From an uncultured delta proteobacterium (lineage in GTDB: Bacteria > Desulfobacterota > Binatia > UBA9968): a stretch of 64,000 nt of DNA. The notes below the pieces were generated by a model. The model did no database searches. It saw only the letters and a list, made by a program, of their open reading frames with translations, and was not told the DNA's origin. The position numbers and the translations under genes were made by a program. Below, piece by piece: positions 21,133 through 31,241 of the stretch. Location of the stretch: positions 16,901-80,900 of the forward strand of contig CAWJBB010000024.1 in the NCBI GenBank assembly GCA_963840855.1. Reading direction: 5' to 3'. Each line of letters opens with the position of its first letter. The first letter of the stretch is position 1.

Positions 21133-22672
21133 CGCGCCCTGCGTTGTCTCTGCTCACTGGCTCCACGGGCATCGATGCCATCGCCTGGTGCATCCCTCGC
21201 TGGACCCGCAGCGACCCGCCTATGATCAGGAGCATGAAGGCCACGATGGCAAGGAACTGCGGCCTAGCGAGCATGGACGCTCCATACGCAGACACCGAAG
21301 AATACGTGAACCGCTCCAAGCTCTCGCCGAGGACGGCTGCGATGAGGATTGGGGGGCGCGGCCAGCCGTAGCGCTTCATGAATACCCCCAGCACCGCGAA
21401 GCCAAGTGCAACCATCAGGTCACCCAGAGAATAGCTGGCCATGAAGGCGGACAGGGTGACGAAGCCAATGACCACCGGCGCAATTAAGTTGGGCGGAATA
21501 GTCGCGATCTTCGCGATGATCGGGCTGGCTGCTAACATGATGGGCACCACGATGATGTTGGCCAAAGCGATGACGTAGACGAAACTCACAGTCAAATCGA
21601 GGTGGGTCGTAAGCATCGCCGGACCCGGCTGGATCCCGTACAGGATGAACATCGCCAAAAGAAGCGCCATGCCGCCGCTTCCTGGGATACCGAAGCCGAC
21701 GGTGGGGATGAGATCGCCGCCGTCGACGGAATTGTTGGATGATTCTGCTGCTATGACACCACGAATATCACCTTTACCAAAGGACTCCTTCGCGTCTTTT
21801 TCCGTCGCGCGTGCCTGCGCATAAGCAATCCAGTGCGCAACCGATCCTCCTACCCCAGGGAGCGCGCCAACAAACACACCAATGAGCGATGATCGCACGG
21901 TTAACCACTTATGGTTTAGCGCGATCTTCATGCCGCGATAGACGTCCTTGCCTATACCCTTCAGCATCTCCTCTATGCGTTGCATGGCGATGGGGGTATT
22001 GCCGACCACCAGATCAATCGCCTCCGGAATCGCGAAGATACCGACCACGAGGGGAACCAGCGGTATGCCATCCCAGAGGTAATGAATGCCAAAATCAGCC
22101 CGTACGACACCTCCGATCGGGGAGTAGCCGATCATGGCGATGGCGAGACCCAACATGGCGGTCAGCATGCCCTTAACGAACGCCCCGGAGCTGACGATGG
22201 CTACGGTCATCATGCCCATCAGTGAGAGCAGAAAGAATTCGGCCGAACCGAACATAAACAACAGTTCACGCATGACAGGCAAGGAAATTAGCAGTGCCGC
22301 CGCGCCAACGAGACCGCCAATGAGTGAGGCGGTGTAGCTGGCGCCGATCGCCACACCAGCGAGCCCTTGTCGAGTCATCGGATAACCGTCGAGAATGGTT
22401 GCCTGCGAGGCCCGCGAGCTGGGGATCCCCATCAGGATCGAGGGCAGCGGCTCGCTGGCGTCGTTCGCGGCGCTTTGGAACACGACAATTGTGATGGCTA
22501 CCCACGGGTCGAGAAAACCCACGAACCCAAGGACGATAGCCGTGATAGGCAGCCCGCCACCCGGCATGAGTCCCGATATCAGGGCTATGGGCAAAACGGC
22601 CAGCATGCCTAAAATAGGGCCCGGCGCGAACAGTTGTTGCGCTGCGGAGATCGCAGCTTCGAGCATGGACAT
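21098..22672 (-). CDS. tctA: Tripartite tricarboxylate transporter large permease TctA
   Basis: ATILDGYPM, GALPGVGG, FGKGDIRGVIAAESSNN, PTVGFGIPGS, GIQPGP. Confidence 0.9.
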   Translation of the reverse strand: MSMLEAAISAAQQLFAPGPILGMLAVLPIALISGLMPGGGLPITAIVLGFVGFLDPWVAITIVVFQSAANDASEPLPSILMGIPSSRASQATILDGYPMTRQGLAGVAIGASYTASLIGGLVGAAALLISLPVMRELLFMFGSAEFFLLSLMGMMTVAIVSSGAFVKGMLTAMLGLAIAMIGYSPIGGVVRADFGIHYLWDGIPLVPLVVGIFAIPEAIDLVVGNTPIAMQRIEEMLKGIGKDVYRGMKIALNHKWLTVRSSLIGVFVGALPGVGGSVAHWIAYAQARATEKDAKESFGKGDIRGVIAAESSNNSVDGGDLIPTVGFGIPGSGGMALLLAMFILYGIQPGPAMLTTHLDLTVSFVYVIALANIIVVPIMLAASPIIAKIATIPPNLIAPVVIGFVTLSAFMASYSLGDLMVALGFAVLGVFMKRYGWPRPPILIAAVLGESLERFTYSSVSAYGASMLARPQFLAIVAFMLLIIGGSLRVQRGMHQAMASMPVEPVSRDNAGRDAAGTGTLYWQ

Positions 22673-22689
22673 GAGCCTACTGCTTCATT

Positions 22690-23760
22690 TTACGTATCCA
22701 ACATGCTTGCCGGGTAAATCTCTTCCAGCTTCATTTGCCGTGGCGTCACCCCCTGCTCATAGGTGTACTGGAGCCACGTATCCAGCACCTTCTTGTTGAA
22801 CCGGATACCGTGGCGCGCAAGCGGCTTCTGCAACGCCTTGTCGGCCTCGGGCGGGAGCAACCCTATCTCCAGGTGGTAGCCCACGTAAGCCATGCGTTGT
22901 TTGTCGGCCAGCTCAGCCGCCTGCTGAAAAGCGTTGAACAGGTTCAGAACCGCCCACGGGTGCTTCTCGACAATTTCCCGTTTGATCACGCCCCCGTGAT
23001 TGATGGGATATAGTCCCGTCTTCTCGTAGTAACGGGCGCACTCAGCATACACGTTCGGGAAAAGTTGGCGGACATCGGGGTGCTTCGTCGCGTGCGGTTC
23101 TATCAACGCGGCCTGCAACTCGCCTGACTCAAGCATAGATACAACGCTCTTACCCGAAGGAATGTCATTGACCTTCACGTCCGTAGGAGGTGTAAACCGC
23201 GGGTGAGGCTGGAACCCCACGGCGCTGTCCTCTTCTACTTCTCTCCAGAAAATCATGTCCCTGGGGTGTACGCCGTAGTCGTGCTGGAACATGCCGCGGT
23301 TCCATACTCCCGGCACAGACTGATACGTCGCAATGCCGACTCGCTTGCCCCTGAGATCTTCGGGCTTCTCTATGCCCGCGTCCTTTCGCACCAGGATGTC
23401 CATGTGAAAGAAGCGCCGGCTCATGAAAACCGGAAAACCAACCCAGCGATTATCGCCCTGCGCGATCGACATAATGAGCCGTGTCATAGACATCTCCGAC
23501 ATGTCGAAGTCTGCGTACATGAGCTGCCGCGCGAAAAGTTGCCCCGGCCCGCCTGAGACCTTATGCACGACGCTGCCGGGACCGTGTTTGTATATCTCCT
23601 CCGCAGCTACTCCCATGTTAGGAATAGTCTCCATTCCGAAATGCGGCTCACGAAAAACGGTCGGGATTAAATCTATGCCCTGCGGCTCGATAGTGCCGTT
23701 GAGGATCGGCCACGTCCGGGAATTGGACACCACTCCCATGCTTAGCTGAAGCTTCTTCAT
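22690..23760 (-). CDS. 4,5-dihydroxyphthalate decarboxylase-like protein (PBP2 fold), copy 2
   Basis: FDMSEMSM, PVFMSRRFFH, PEDLRGKRVG, YYEKTGLYPINH, YEQG. Confidence 0.8.
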   Translation of the reverse strand: MKKLQLSMGVVSNSRTWPILNGTIEPQGIDLIPTVFREPHFGMETIPNMGVAAEEIYKHGPGSVVHKVSGGPGQLFARQLMYADFDMSEMSMTRLIMSIAQGDNRWVGFPVFMSRRFFHMDILVRKDAGIEKPEDLRGKRVGIATYQSVPGVWNRGMFQHDYGVHPRDMIFWREVEEDSAVGFQPHPRFTPPTDVKVNDIPSGKSVVSMLESGELQAALIEPHATKHPDVRQLFPNVYAECARYYEKTGLYPINHGGVIKREIVEKHPWAVLNLFNAFQQAAELADKQRMAYVGYHLEIGLLPPEADKALQKPLARHGIRFNKKVLDTWLQYTYEQGVTPRQMKLEEIYPASMLDT

Positions 23761-23842
23761 CTAACACCTCCCTCTAGTGTGCTGGAACGGTTTTAGCGTC
23801 ATCCCGCGGAAGCGGAATCCAGAAGGGGCCACTTCCATCGAT

Positions 23843-24934
23843 TTACGTTTCCATCATGCTTGCCGGATAAATCTCTTCCAGCTTCATTTGCCGTGGCGTT
23901 ATTCCTTGCTCATAGGTGTACTGAAGCCAGGTGTCCAGCACCTTCCTGTTGAACCGGATACCGTGGCGCGCAAGCGGCTGCTGCAACGCCTTGTCGGCCT
24001 CGGGCGGGAGCAGCCCTGCCTCCAGGTGGTAGCCCACGTAAGCCATGCGTTGCTTGTCGGCGAGCTCAGCCGCTTGCTGAAAAGCGTTGAACAGGTTCAG
24101 GACCGCCCACGGGTGCTTCTCGACAATTTCCCGTTTGATCACGCCGCCGTGATTGATGGGATACAGCCCGGTCTTCTCGTAGTAACGTACGCACTCGACA
24201 TACACGTTCGGGAAAAGTTGGCGGACGTCGGGAACGTCGACTCCTGGGCGATGCCCGGCGTCTACCGGCGCTTCCAGCGCCGCTTGCAGCTCGCCCGACT
24301 TTAACATGGAGACAACGCTCTTACCCGAAGGAATGTCATTGACCTTCACGTCCGCAGGAGGCGTAAACCGCGGGAAAGCTACGAACCCCGCGGGGTGATG
24401 GTCCTCCTCTTTATCTCTCCAGAAAATCATGTCCCTGGGGTGTACGCCGTAATCGTGCTGGAACATGCCGCGGTTCCATACCCCCGGCACAGACTGATAC
24501 GTCGCAATGCCAACTCGCTTACCCCTGAGATCTTCGGGCTTCTCTATGCCCGCGTCCTTTCGCACCAGGATGTCCATGTGAAAGAAGCGCCGGCTCATAA
24601 ACACCGGAAAACCCATCCAGCGATCGTCACCCTGCGCCATCGACATGATGAGCCGGGTCATGGACATCTCCGAAACGTCAAAGTCGCCGTACATGAGCTG
24701 GCGGGCGAAAAGCTGGCCCGGACCGCCTGAGACCCGGTGTACAATACTGCCGGGACCGTGTTTGTATATCTCCTCCGCAGCTACTCCCATGTTAGGAATA
24801 GTCTCCATTCCGAAATGCGGCTCACGAAAAACGGTCGGGATTAAATCTATGCCCTGCGGCTCGATAGTGCCGTTGAGGATCGGCCACGTCCGGGGATTGG
24901 ACACCACTCCCATGCTTAGCTGAAGCTTCTTCAT
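23843..24934 (-). CDS. 4,5-dihydroxyphthalate decarboxylase-like protein (PBP2 fold), copy 1
   Basis: Near-identical tandem paralog of 22690-23760, including the same RBS context. Confidence 0.8.
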   Translation of the reverse strand: MKKLQLSMGVVSNPRTWPILNGTIEPQGIDLIPTVFREPHFGMETIPNMGVAAEEIYKHGPGSIVHRVSGGPGQLFARQLMYGDFDVSEMSMTRLIMSMAQGDDRWMGFPVFMSRRFFHMDILVRKDAGIEKPEDLRGKRVGIATYQSVPGVWNRGMFQHDYGVHPRDMIFWRDKEEDHHPAGFVAFPRFTPPADVKVNDIPSGKSVVSMLKSGELQAALEAPVDAGHRPGVDVPDVRQLFPNVYVECVRYYEKTGLYPINHGGVIKREIVEKHPWAVLNLFNAFQQAAELADKQRMAYVGYHLEAGLLPPEADKALQQPLARHGIRFNRKVLDTWLQYTYEQGITPRQMKLEEIYPASMMET

Positions 24935-25133
24935 CTAACACCTCCTTATAGATAGATAGAGACCTGTTGAGTTAGCGGGTTACTGAAAAGAGCTACGGAA
25001 TGCTTCGAGAACCAGCATGAACGGAATTTTCTCAATCATTTTCAAAATTTCGTCCGTTCGTCCAGGCACTGTCGCTGCTCCCTCCAAGCCAGCGCCAATG
25101 TTCGACGGGGTTTTTGGCCATCGGTAGAGACTC

Positions 25134-25230
25134 CGTCATGCCGGCATGGATTGCCGGCATCCAGGCCCGCAGGATGCGTCCGGAGACATCCATGTCAGCC
25201 TGGGTTCCGGCTGTCCATGCCGGAACGACG
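25134..25230. repeat. REP/RIME-like palindromic element
   Basis: CGTCATGCCGGCATGGA...TCCATGCCGGAACGACG inverted arms. Confidence 0.6.
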
Positions 25231-25319
25231 GGCTCGCACCGTAATCTTATGCAAAGCTAGCAAGTCTAATGGAAACATCTCTCCACTCGGATCAAATTTC
25301 AAAGAAATAGCAGTGCGAA

Positions 25320-26705
25320 TCATGTCCGGACTGAGTCCAAAGAATGGGCTCCCAGCCCGAGCAACTCGGTCAGGTTGGAGACGGACTTTAGCCGTTCGAG
25401 CTCACTGACCAATGAGTCAATCCGGCCCGCTTGGCTCACTCCCACCACAGGCACGGCGCAGTCATAGAACTTGGCCTGGATCTCGTCATACGTCGTGAGT
25501 TCTCTCTTATCCCGGGTTATGTCCTCCTGGTAAACCTCACCACTCACCGTCTTTACCCGAATAAAACCGTCAGCATGGTTAGCCTCATACCCGGGCGGCT
25601 TTTCGACGTAGACGGTTTTCGCAAGAAGAGACTGGACATCGCTTCGCCTCAGGAACGAATCGGTGGAATTTTGGAGATTCACTTCGCCATCTATCAAGGT
25701 CGCTACCAGGCTAAAGTCCGCGCTGAACTTACTTTCCAGGTTCGTCTTGGGATATGGGCATCTCAGAGACTTCGACGGGGTGCATTCGATGGACTCCACA
25801 GCTTCAGCAGTTAATCCATATCGGGACCTTAGTAAGCGCATGGTCTCGATATAACGATGAGCAGGACTGACGCACGGATACCGCTTGAACGACAAGCGCC
25901 CAGCGATACCAAGATGATCGCGCAGCTTCTCCGCCGCTGAAGCGATACAGCCTGGCGCTAAATCGTAGGCTTCGGCAAATCCCCCCGACGCGGTGAAAAT
26001 GGTCTCATCCGCCGTAAATCCCTGGCTCGCTAACGTACTTGCCAAAACACCGTTTCGAGCAGCGTTGCCGGCGTGGAGGGGCTTTGTCATCGAGCCGCGA
26101 TTAGCCCATAGGCCAGCACTTAAAGAGGCGGCGATACCAAAGGCATGACACGTGGCTTGGGGATCGAGACCGAGTATTTTCGCCGAAGCCGCGGTGGCAC
26201 CAATGGAACCATCCACTCCAACAGAGTGCCAGCCGCGGTTTCGCGGCCCCGATGCCTCTCCAGCGCTGGAATGGAAGGTCCCCGAACATTCCATCAGGCG
26301 CGAACAAATCTCTCGACCGACGATATAGGCCATGATTAGCCGTTCTCCGGACGCACCTAGCGCTCCCCCGACAGCCAGTGCAGCGATCAACGTGTGAGTG
26401 GGAATGTGCCCATCGCCATCGTAATCATGAGCGTGGGCCATGACGCCGTTGGCGAGCGCGGCAAGTTCTGCGGAGGTTTGAAACTCGGCGCCAACCACAG
26501 CGGCGGGGCCTGCCGGACAGTTGGCGCGCACATAGTCGGTGATGAGGCGGCCGACCTCATGCCTGGAACCCGCGAACATCACTCCTATGGTATCAAGAAC
26601 GACCAACTTGGCGTTGGCAATCGCCTGCTGCGGGAGGTCTTGATAAGAGATTCCACCATGCACGTATTCGGCGATTGCGAGTGTGGGATTCGGTGCCATC
26701 GACAT
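25320..26705 (-). CDS. MmgE/PrpD family protein
   Basis: AALANGVMAHAHDYD, RGWH, KPLHAGNAARNG, FKRYPC, KFS; start chosen at MSMAP behind an AAGGAG RBS. Confidence 0.9.
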   Translation of the reverse strand: MSMAPNPTLAIAEYVHGGISYQDLPQQAIANAKLVVLDTIGVMFAGSRHEVGRLITDYVRANCPAGPAAVVGAEFQTSAELAALANGVMAHAHDYDGDGHIPTHTLIAALAVGGALGASGERLIMAYIVGREICSRLMECSGTFHSSAGEASGPRNRGWHSVGVDGSIGATAASAKILGLDPQATCHAFGIAASLSAGLWANRGSMTKPLHAGNAARNGVLASTLASQGFTADETIFTASGGFAEAYDLAPGCIASAAEKLRDHLGIAGRLSFKRYPCVSPAHRYIETMRLLRSRYGLTAEAVESIECTPSKSLRCPYPKTNLESKFSADFSLVATLIDGEVNLQNSTDSFLRRSDVQSLLAKTVYVEKPPGYEANHADGFIRVKTVSGEVYQEDITRDKRELTTYDEIQAKFYDCAVPVVGVSQAGRIDSLVSELERLKSVSNLTELLGLGAHSLDSVRT

Positions 26706-26825
26706 ATCGATGCTCCTTTCAGCGCGCTTCTTCACTATCCTCAGTCGCGGATCGCTAACCCGCATTAATCACGCAGCGAGGAAAAGTCGCGACAGACTGT
26801 AAGCCCAAAGAGTAAGTCTCGATTT

Positions 26826-27974
26826 CTATTTCTTGCCCGTGCTCAATTCTTCCCCCGAAAGCAATGCCAAAAACATCTTTTTTTCTTCTGGACCAAGCTC
26901 CAGTACTGCCTTGTGCATGGCAAGCACTTTCTCTCGCGGGGTATATCCTAGATCTGTGGCTGAGAGCCCAGCCGCCAATAACCTTTTCTTCCATTCAGAG
27001 TCCTTTGGCACCTCAGCCATGGTTCTTTCCCAAAATTGTCTGATATGCACCGGTGTGCCTGGAGGCACGGCATAGCTGCCACGATGTATCGCGACGGCTT
27101 CGGTAGCTACCGTAAATGCTACCCGCATATTTTTCTCGACCTTGAAGGCGTCAAACAGGTTAGGAGGGTTCTCGGTTACGCCCCCAGCCTTGAGGAGGTC
27201 CGCCCATTCTTCAAAATCGCGCGGAGCAAGCTCCCCCCACCACAGTACAGGAACGATCTCCCGGCGCTTGATAAGCTCGGGAAAGTGCCTTGCGATGGTC
27301 CATCCGGCATGCAATTTAGTTTCATGCCGCGCGAAGGCAGCCGCTCTGTCTCTGCTGCCCGGCGCATAGCCCCAAATAATCTTGATAGGAGCACCCAACA
27401 TCGTTGCGAGATGTGGTCCTGACTCGGAGGCTTCGCCGCCGAACCTTTCACCCGCTGCCAGTGTCAGGCAGCAAGGCATAGCCATTATTTGATCCCAAGA
27501 AGTGGCGATATCCCGCCAAACCCACAAAAGGTGGCCGGTTTGTCTGGACCTCAACGCAGCCACAAATTGCTTCTCAGGGTCATAATACGGGTGCGGCTTG
27601 CCGAGGATAGCGTCTAGAAAAAACCGACCATGAACCGGCATAATAAACGTGCCATCCCGTGGGGTCTGGCGGTCTCCCAATCGTCGAAGAGCTCTATCAC
27701 CATCACCTCCCGGGATGTTTTGCACCACGACTCGGGGATTTCCGGGTAGGATTTTTTGCAGGGTCAATGCTGTGGATCTTGCCCCAGTGTCCCACCCGCC
27801 CCCTGCCGAACTGCCGACGATGATCGTTATCGTTTTTCCCTTAAAGTCGACAGCCTTTGACGTATCCTTTACGGGTGCAGGCGTTTGCGCTCCAGTATCC
27901 GTGGCAAAGCCCAGACCGCTCAGCGCCATGATCACAGCACACCCTAGCGCTACTGTTGCCCTTGCGATTCGCAT
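26826..27974 (-). CDS. tctC: Tripartite tricarboxylate transporter substrate-binding protein (TctC/Bug), divergent
   Basis: Signal peptide, FKGKTITIIVGSSAGGGWD, PGNPRVVVQNIPG, VPPGTP. Confidence 0.82.
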   Translation of the reverse strand: MRIARATVALGCAVIMALSGLGFATDTGAQTPAPVKDTSKAVDFKGKTITIIVGSSAGGGWDTGARSTALTLQKILPGNPRVVVQNIPGGDGDRALRRLGDRQTPRDGTFIMPVHGRFFLDAILGKPHPYYDPEKQFVAALRSRQTGHLLWVWRDIATSWDQIMAMPCCLTLAAGERFGGEASESGPHLATMLGAPIKIIWGYAPGSRDRAAAFARHETKLHAGWTIARHFPELIKRREIVPVLWWGELAPRDFEEWADLLKAGGVTENPPNLFDAFKVEKNMRVAFTVATEAVAIHRGSYAVPPGTPVHIRQFWERTMAEVPKDSEWKKRLLAAGLSATDLGYTPREKVLAMHKAVLELGPEEKKMFLALLSGEELSTGKK

Positions 27975-28020
27975 ATATCCTTAACCTCCTAACGTATGAC
28001 GTCTTATCCCTGATGGGGAT

Positions 28021-28083
28021 GTTGACCCGTGGGCGTTCCGGACCGCAATGTGGGAGTGATTGGTTTTCTTTTTCGGTGAACAT
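28021..28083 (-). pseudogene. N-terminal remnant of a Rieske aromatic oxygenase alpha subunit (phthalate-dioxygenase-like)
   Basis: Reads MFTEKENQSLPHCGP and, after a one-base shift, (G)TPTGQ; resembles the ML..EN..L..VGPGTPMG start of this family. Confidence 0.4.
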
Positions 28084-28096
28084 GACTTTCGCTTCT

Positions 28097-29325
28097 TGAG
28101 AGTTGGATACAAAACTTACCAGTATTGAGGATAGGTGAGGATTTGTGGAGGTAAGATTGAGGATTGGGATATGGGGGGAGACGGAGTGTAGGATTTGTAG
28201 AGCAGGAAGTGACGAATGGTTGGGACGGAAAAAGAGAGAGCGCAGAGTCATAGTAGAGCAGCTAGGGTATCGCAACGGTTACGGCAAGCCGAGGCGATTT
28301 GCGATGAGCCTGGGGACGATGGAGATCCGCCGGCCGCGGGTAAGAGATTTGGAGGAGCGATTTAAGTAGATGTTGCAGCTGTTTAAGCGGCAAAGCAAAG
28401 AGGTGTGGGAGTTGATACAGGAGCTTTATTTGCACGGGCTGGCGAGAGGAGATTTTGAGTTAGCGCTAAGGGAAATATTGGGAGAAGAGGAGATGCTATA
28501 GGCCTCTAGTTACAGCGGCTAAGGAGAAGAGAAAAGGAGAATAAGAGCAGTGGAAAGGAAAGGGGATTGAAGAGAAGAAATGGGCGTATTTTTGGGTGGA
28601 TGGGATTTATGTAAAAGAGAGGATGGGAAAGGAGAAGGCAGCGCTGTTGGTAGTGATAGGAGTTAAGGAGGACGGAAAGAAGCGATTTGGCGCTGGAGCC
28701 GGGATATAGAGAGAGCAAGGAGTCATGAGCTTTGATATTGAGACAGTTAAAAACGCGAGAGGTAAAAAGCGCCAGGCTATTTGTCGGAGATGGCAATTGG
28801 GATTGTGAGCAGCGATTGGTGAGATTTATCCACAATCCCAAGAGCAGCTATGCTGGAATCACAAGATGCTCAACGTGATCGATGCGATGAGCAAAAAAGA
28901 CAAAGTCGAAGTAATAAAGCAATTACCGCCATGATGTACGCCAATAGCTAAAAAGAGACGTTAAAAGAACGAAAGAAATTAGAGCAAGCCTTTCGACACA
29001 ACCCCAAGACGATCAAGACGATAATGAAAAACTAAGAGCGACTGACAACATACTATGATTTTCCCAGAGAGCACTAAAAACACTTAAGAACTTCCAGAAG
29101 TGAAATAACCTTTAAACAAATCAAACTAAGAAAAAAGACCTCAAAAAGATATAAATAGCAAATCAATGCCACCAACTAGATCTAAAAAAAGATGATAATA
29201 AAAAAGATGAGCTTTAAAAAACTAAATGCACCATATAAAATAAAAAAAAAAGCAAATGAAAAGAAAAAAGAAAAAGAAAAGGAAAAAAGAGAAAAAGAAA
29301 AAAAAAAAAAAAAAAAAGAGAGGTG
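28097..29325 (+). mobile_element. Degenerate IS256-family transposase with strong substitution towards A; boundaries approximate
   Basis: Recognisable fragments GYRNGYGKPRR, IRRPRVRD, ELYLHGL, WVDGIYVK, GYRESKES, FVGDG, EQLCWNHKMLNV, YYDFPREH*KHLRT, with many stops and indels. Confidence 0.85.
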
Positions 29326-29617
29326 AAACTATTCGAAATGCTTATATGGTGTCAATGTTAGAGCGGTGAGCAAAAGTACTCTGACCCCGTCTTACTACGG
29401 TTTTCTCAAAGCTTGAACGTGAAACGCTGATGAAAGGAAAAAAGAAAGCGGTCGCGGGAGCTCGTTTTTCCCCTGAGCTATCATAGCGGCCGAGCAGGCG
29501 ACTTCGCTGACGGCATTGCCTAAGCCAAAGCGCAACCTGCGCGCCAGACACCCGCGCCGCCGGGTCCAGTCACGGATCGGCGGCGCGGGAGGCGAACTCT
29601 TTCAGCTCAACTGGATT

Positions 29618-30536
29618 TTACGATTTCAACGTTTTGTTGAAATGGTCGATGGTGCGTTGCCAGGCGAGTTTGGCCGCGGCTTCGTCAAATCGCGGCGTCG
29701 TGTCGTTATGAAAACCGTGGTTCGTTTTCGGATACACGTACGCTACATATTTGACATTGTTGGCTTTCAGTGCGGCTTCGTATTCCGGCCAGCGCTTGTT
29801 GATGTTGGGATCCTCCTCGGCGAACTGCAGCAGCAGCGCGGCCTTAATCTTCGGCACGTCCTCAACAGCAGGCGCCGCGCCGTAGAAGGGAACGGCGGCG
29901 GCGAGCTGCGGCAGCCGGACCGCCAGCGTGTTAACCATGCCGCCGCCGAAACAAAAGCCGACCGCGCCAAGTTTGCCGGTGGATTGCGGATGCTTCTGCA
30001 GAAACTCTGCAGCGGCGACAAAGTCCTCGGTGATCTTTTCGCGGTCGAGCTTTGTCTGCATCGCGCGCGCTTTGTCATCGGCGTCCGCGCCGTACTTGTC
30101 CACGCTCGGATAACCGCCAAGAGGCCAAATCGCATCGGGACCCAGCGTCATGAATCCGGCCGCCGCGAGACGTCGCACGACGTCCTCAATATAAGGATTC
30201 AGGCCGCGGTTTTCGTGAACCACCACGACGACGGGAAATTTATCGCCGGTCGCGGGACGGGCGAGCAAGCCCCGCATAGTCCCATTGGACGCGTTGCCAT
30301 TGGGCGAGGGGTACATCGTATACTCGGCCTGGATGCGCTTGTCGTCCTTGGCTACCTGCTGCGCCAGGGTATAGTTGGGCCGGAGCATGTCCCACAAGCG
30401 CCGCTACGGTCAGGCCGCCGACGGCAAATTTGGCAGCGCCGTCCAAAAACTCGCGGCGGTTGATGCCGCCATGCACGTATCTGTGAAAAAGACTGAGCAG
30501 TTGCGGATCGAAATCACTCGCTTTTTTTCTTTCCAT
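29618..30536 (-). CDS. Dienelactone hydrolase family protein (YghX-like); frameshift near 30400
   Basis: [10 protein letters not shown]...[26 protein letters not shown] nucleophile, [12 protein letters not shown]. Confidence 0.9.
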
Positions 30537-30676
30537 ACGATGGGCTCCTTTCAGGGTATTGATTTCGGTTGGAGGCTACCTCAAACAGCGCGACAGATCA
30601 ATTCCATATGCGGGCTCACCGGCTCCGGTTAATCTGTCGCTAAAGTTCTCTCCATTCCCAAAATTTCGGAGACCGG

Positions 30677-30967
30677 CTAGCGAGTTCGGTTATATTCGTA
30701 GTCTTCGCGCTCGCCTCTGCCGATGCGCAGCTCGGCGTTGAGCGAGGGACGGGTGCTGTTCACTTTTGCGTGCACGTCCAGAGCCGCCTTGTCGCTCCAG
30801 CGTTCGAGGATCGCGAGCTTGTCGGGGTTCACCACGCTCTGGAATACCTCGAACTGTTCGCAGCCCGGCTCTGACATTACTTCCGCGCAGCGGATCTTGT
30901 AGCCCTGAGCCAGCTCAGAACCTTTCCCGGGTGCCGCATTGATCGTTACAACGAGTCGAATTGCCAT
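30677..30967 (-). CDS. Antibiotic biosynthesis monooxygenase (ABM) family protein
   Basis: EPGCEQFEVF, LERWSD..ALDVH; GGAG RBS before MAIRL. Confidence 0.85.
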   Translation of the reverse strand: MAIRLVVTINAAPGKGSELAQGYKIRCAEVMSEPGCEQFEVFQSVVNPDKLAILERWSDKAALDVHAKVNSTRPSLNAELRIGRGEREDYEYNRTR

Positions 30968-31241
30968 ACTGTTTCCTCCGTGGGCCGTTAAACCGGCGTA
31001 GTTGTGCGTCGAACAGAGTGAAATATCGTTCAGATGGATGGATCGTGTCAAGGCAAAGCCGCAACCAAACAGCCGGATTCAATAGCTCAAGCGTTCAAAG
31101 CGCGCAAAGCCGTCAGAGCAAATGGATTGAAAACTGAACGTATTGACGTTTGAACATCCTGAGCGCGAAGACATACTCGCGGAATGCATTTGCAAATAAA
31201 GGGCAAAAGCCACCGGAAAAATTTGCGCAAGCTGCGATAGT

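Noticed and set aside
28097-29325. Diversity-generating retroelement or retrotransposed poly(A) element
   Set aside because: No reverse transcriptase or TR/VR pair; DGRs mutate away from A, not towards it; the A-run grades out of transposase coding sequence rather than being an appended tail
29420-29450. CTGATGA...GAAA as a hammerhead ribozyme core
   Set aside because: No stem II pairing between the core motifs
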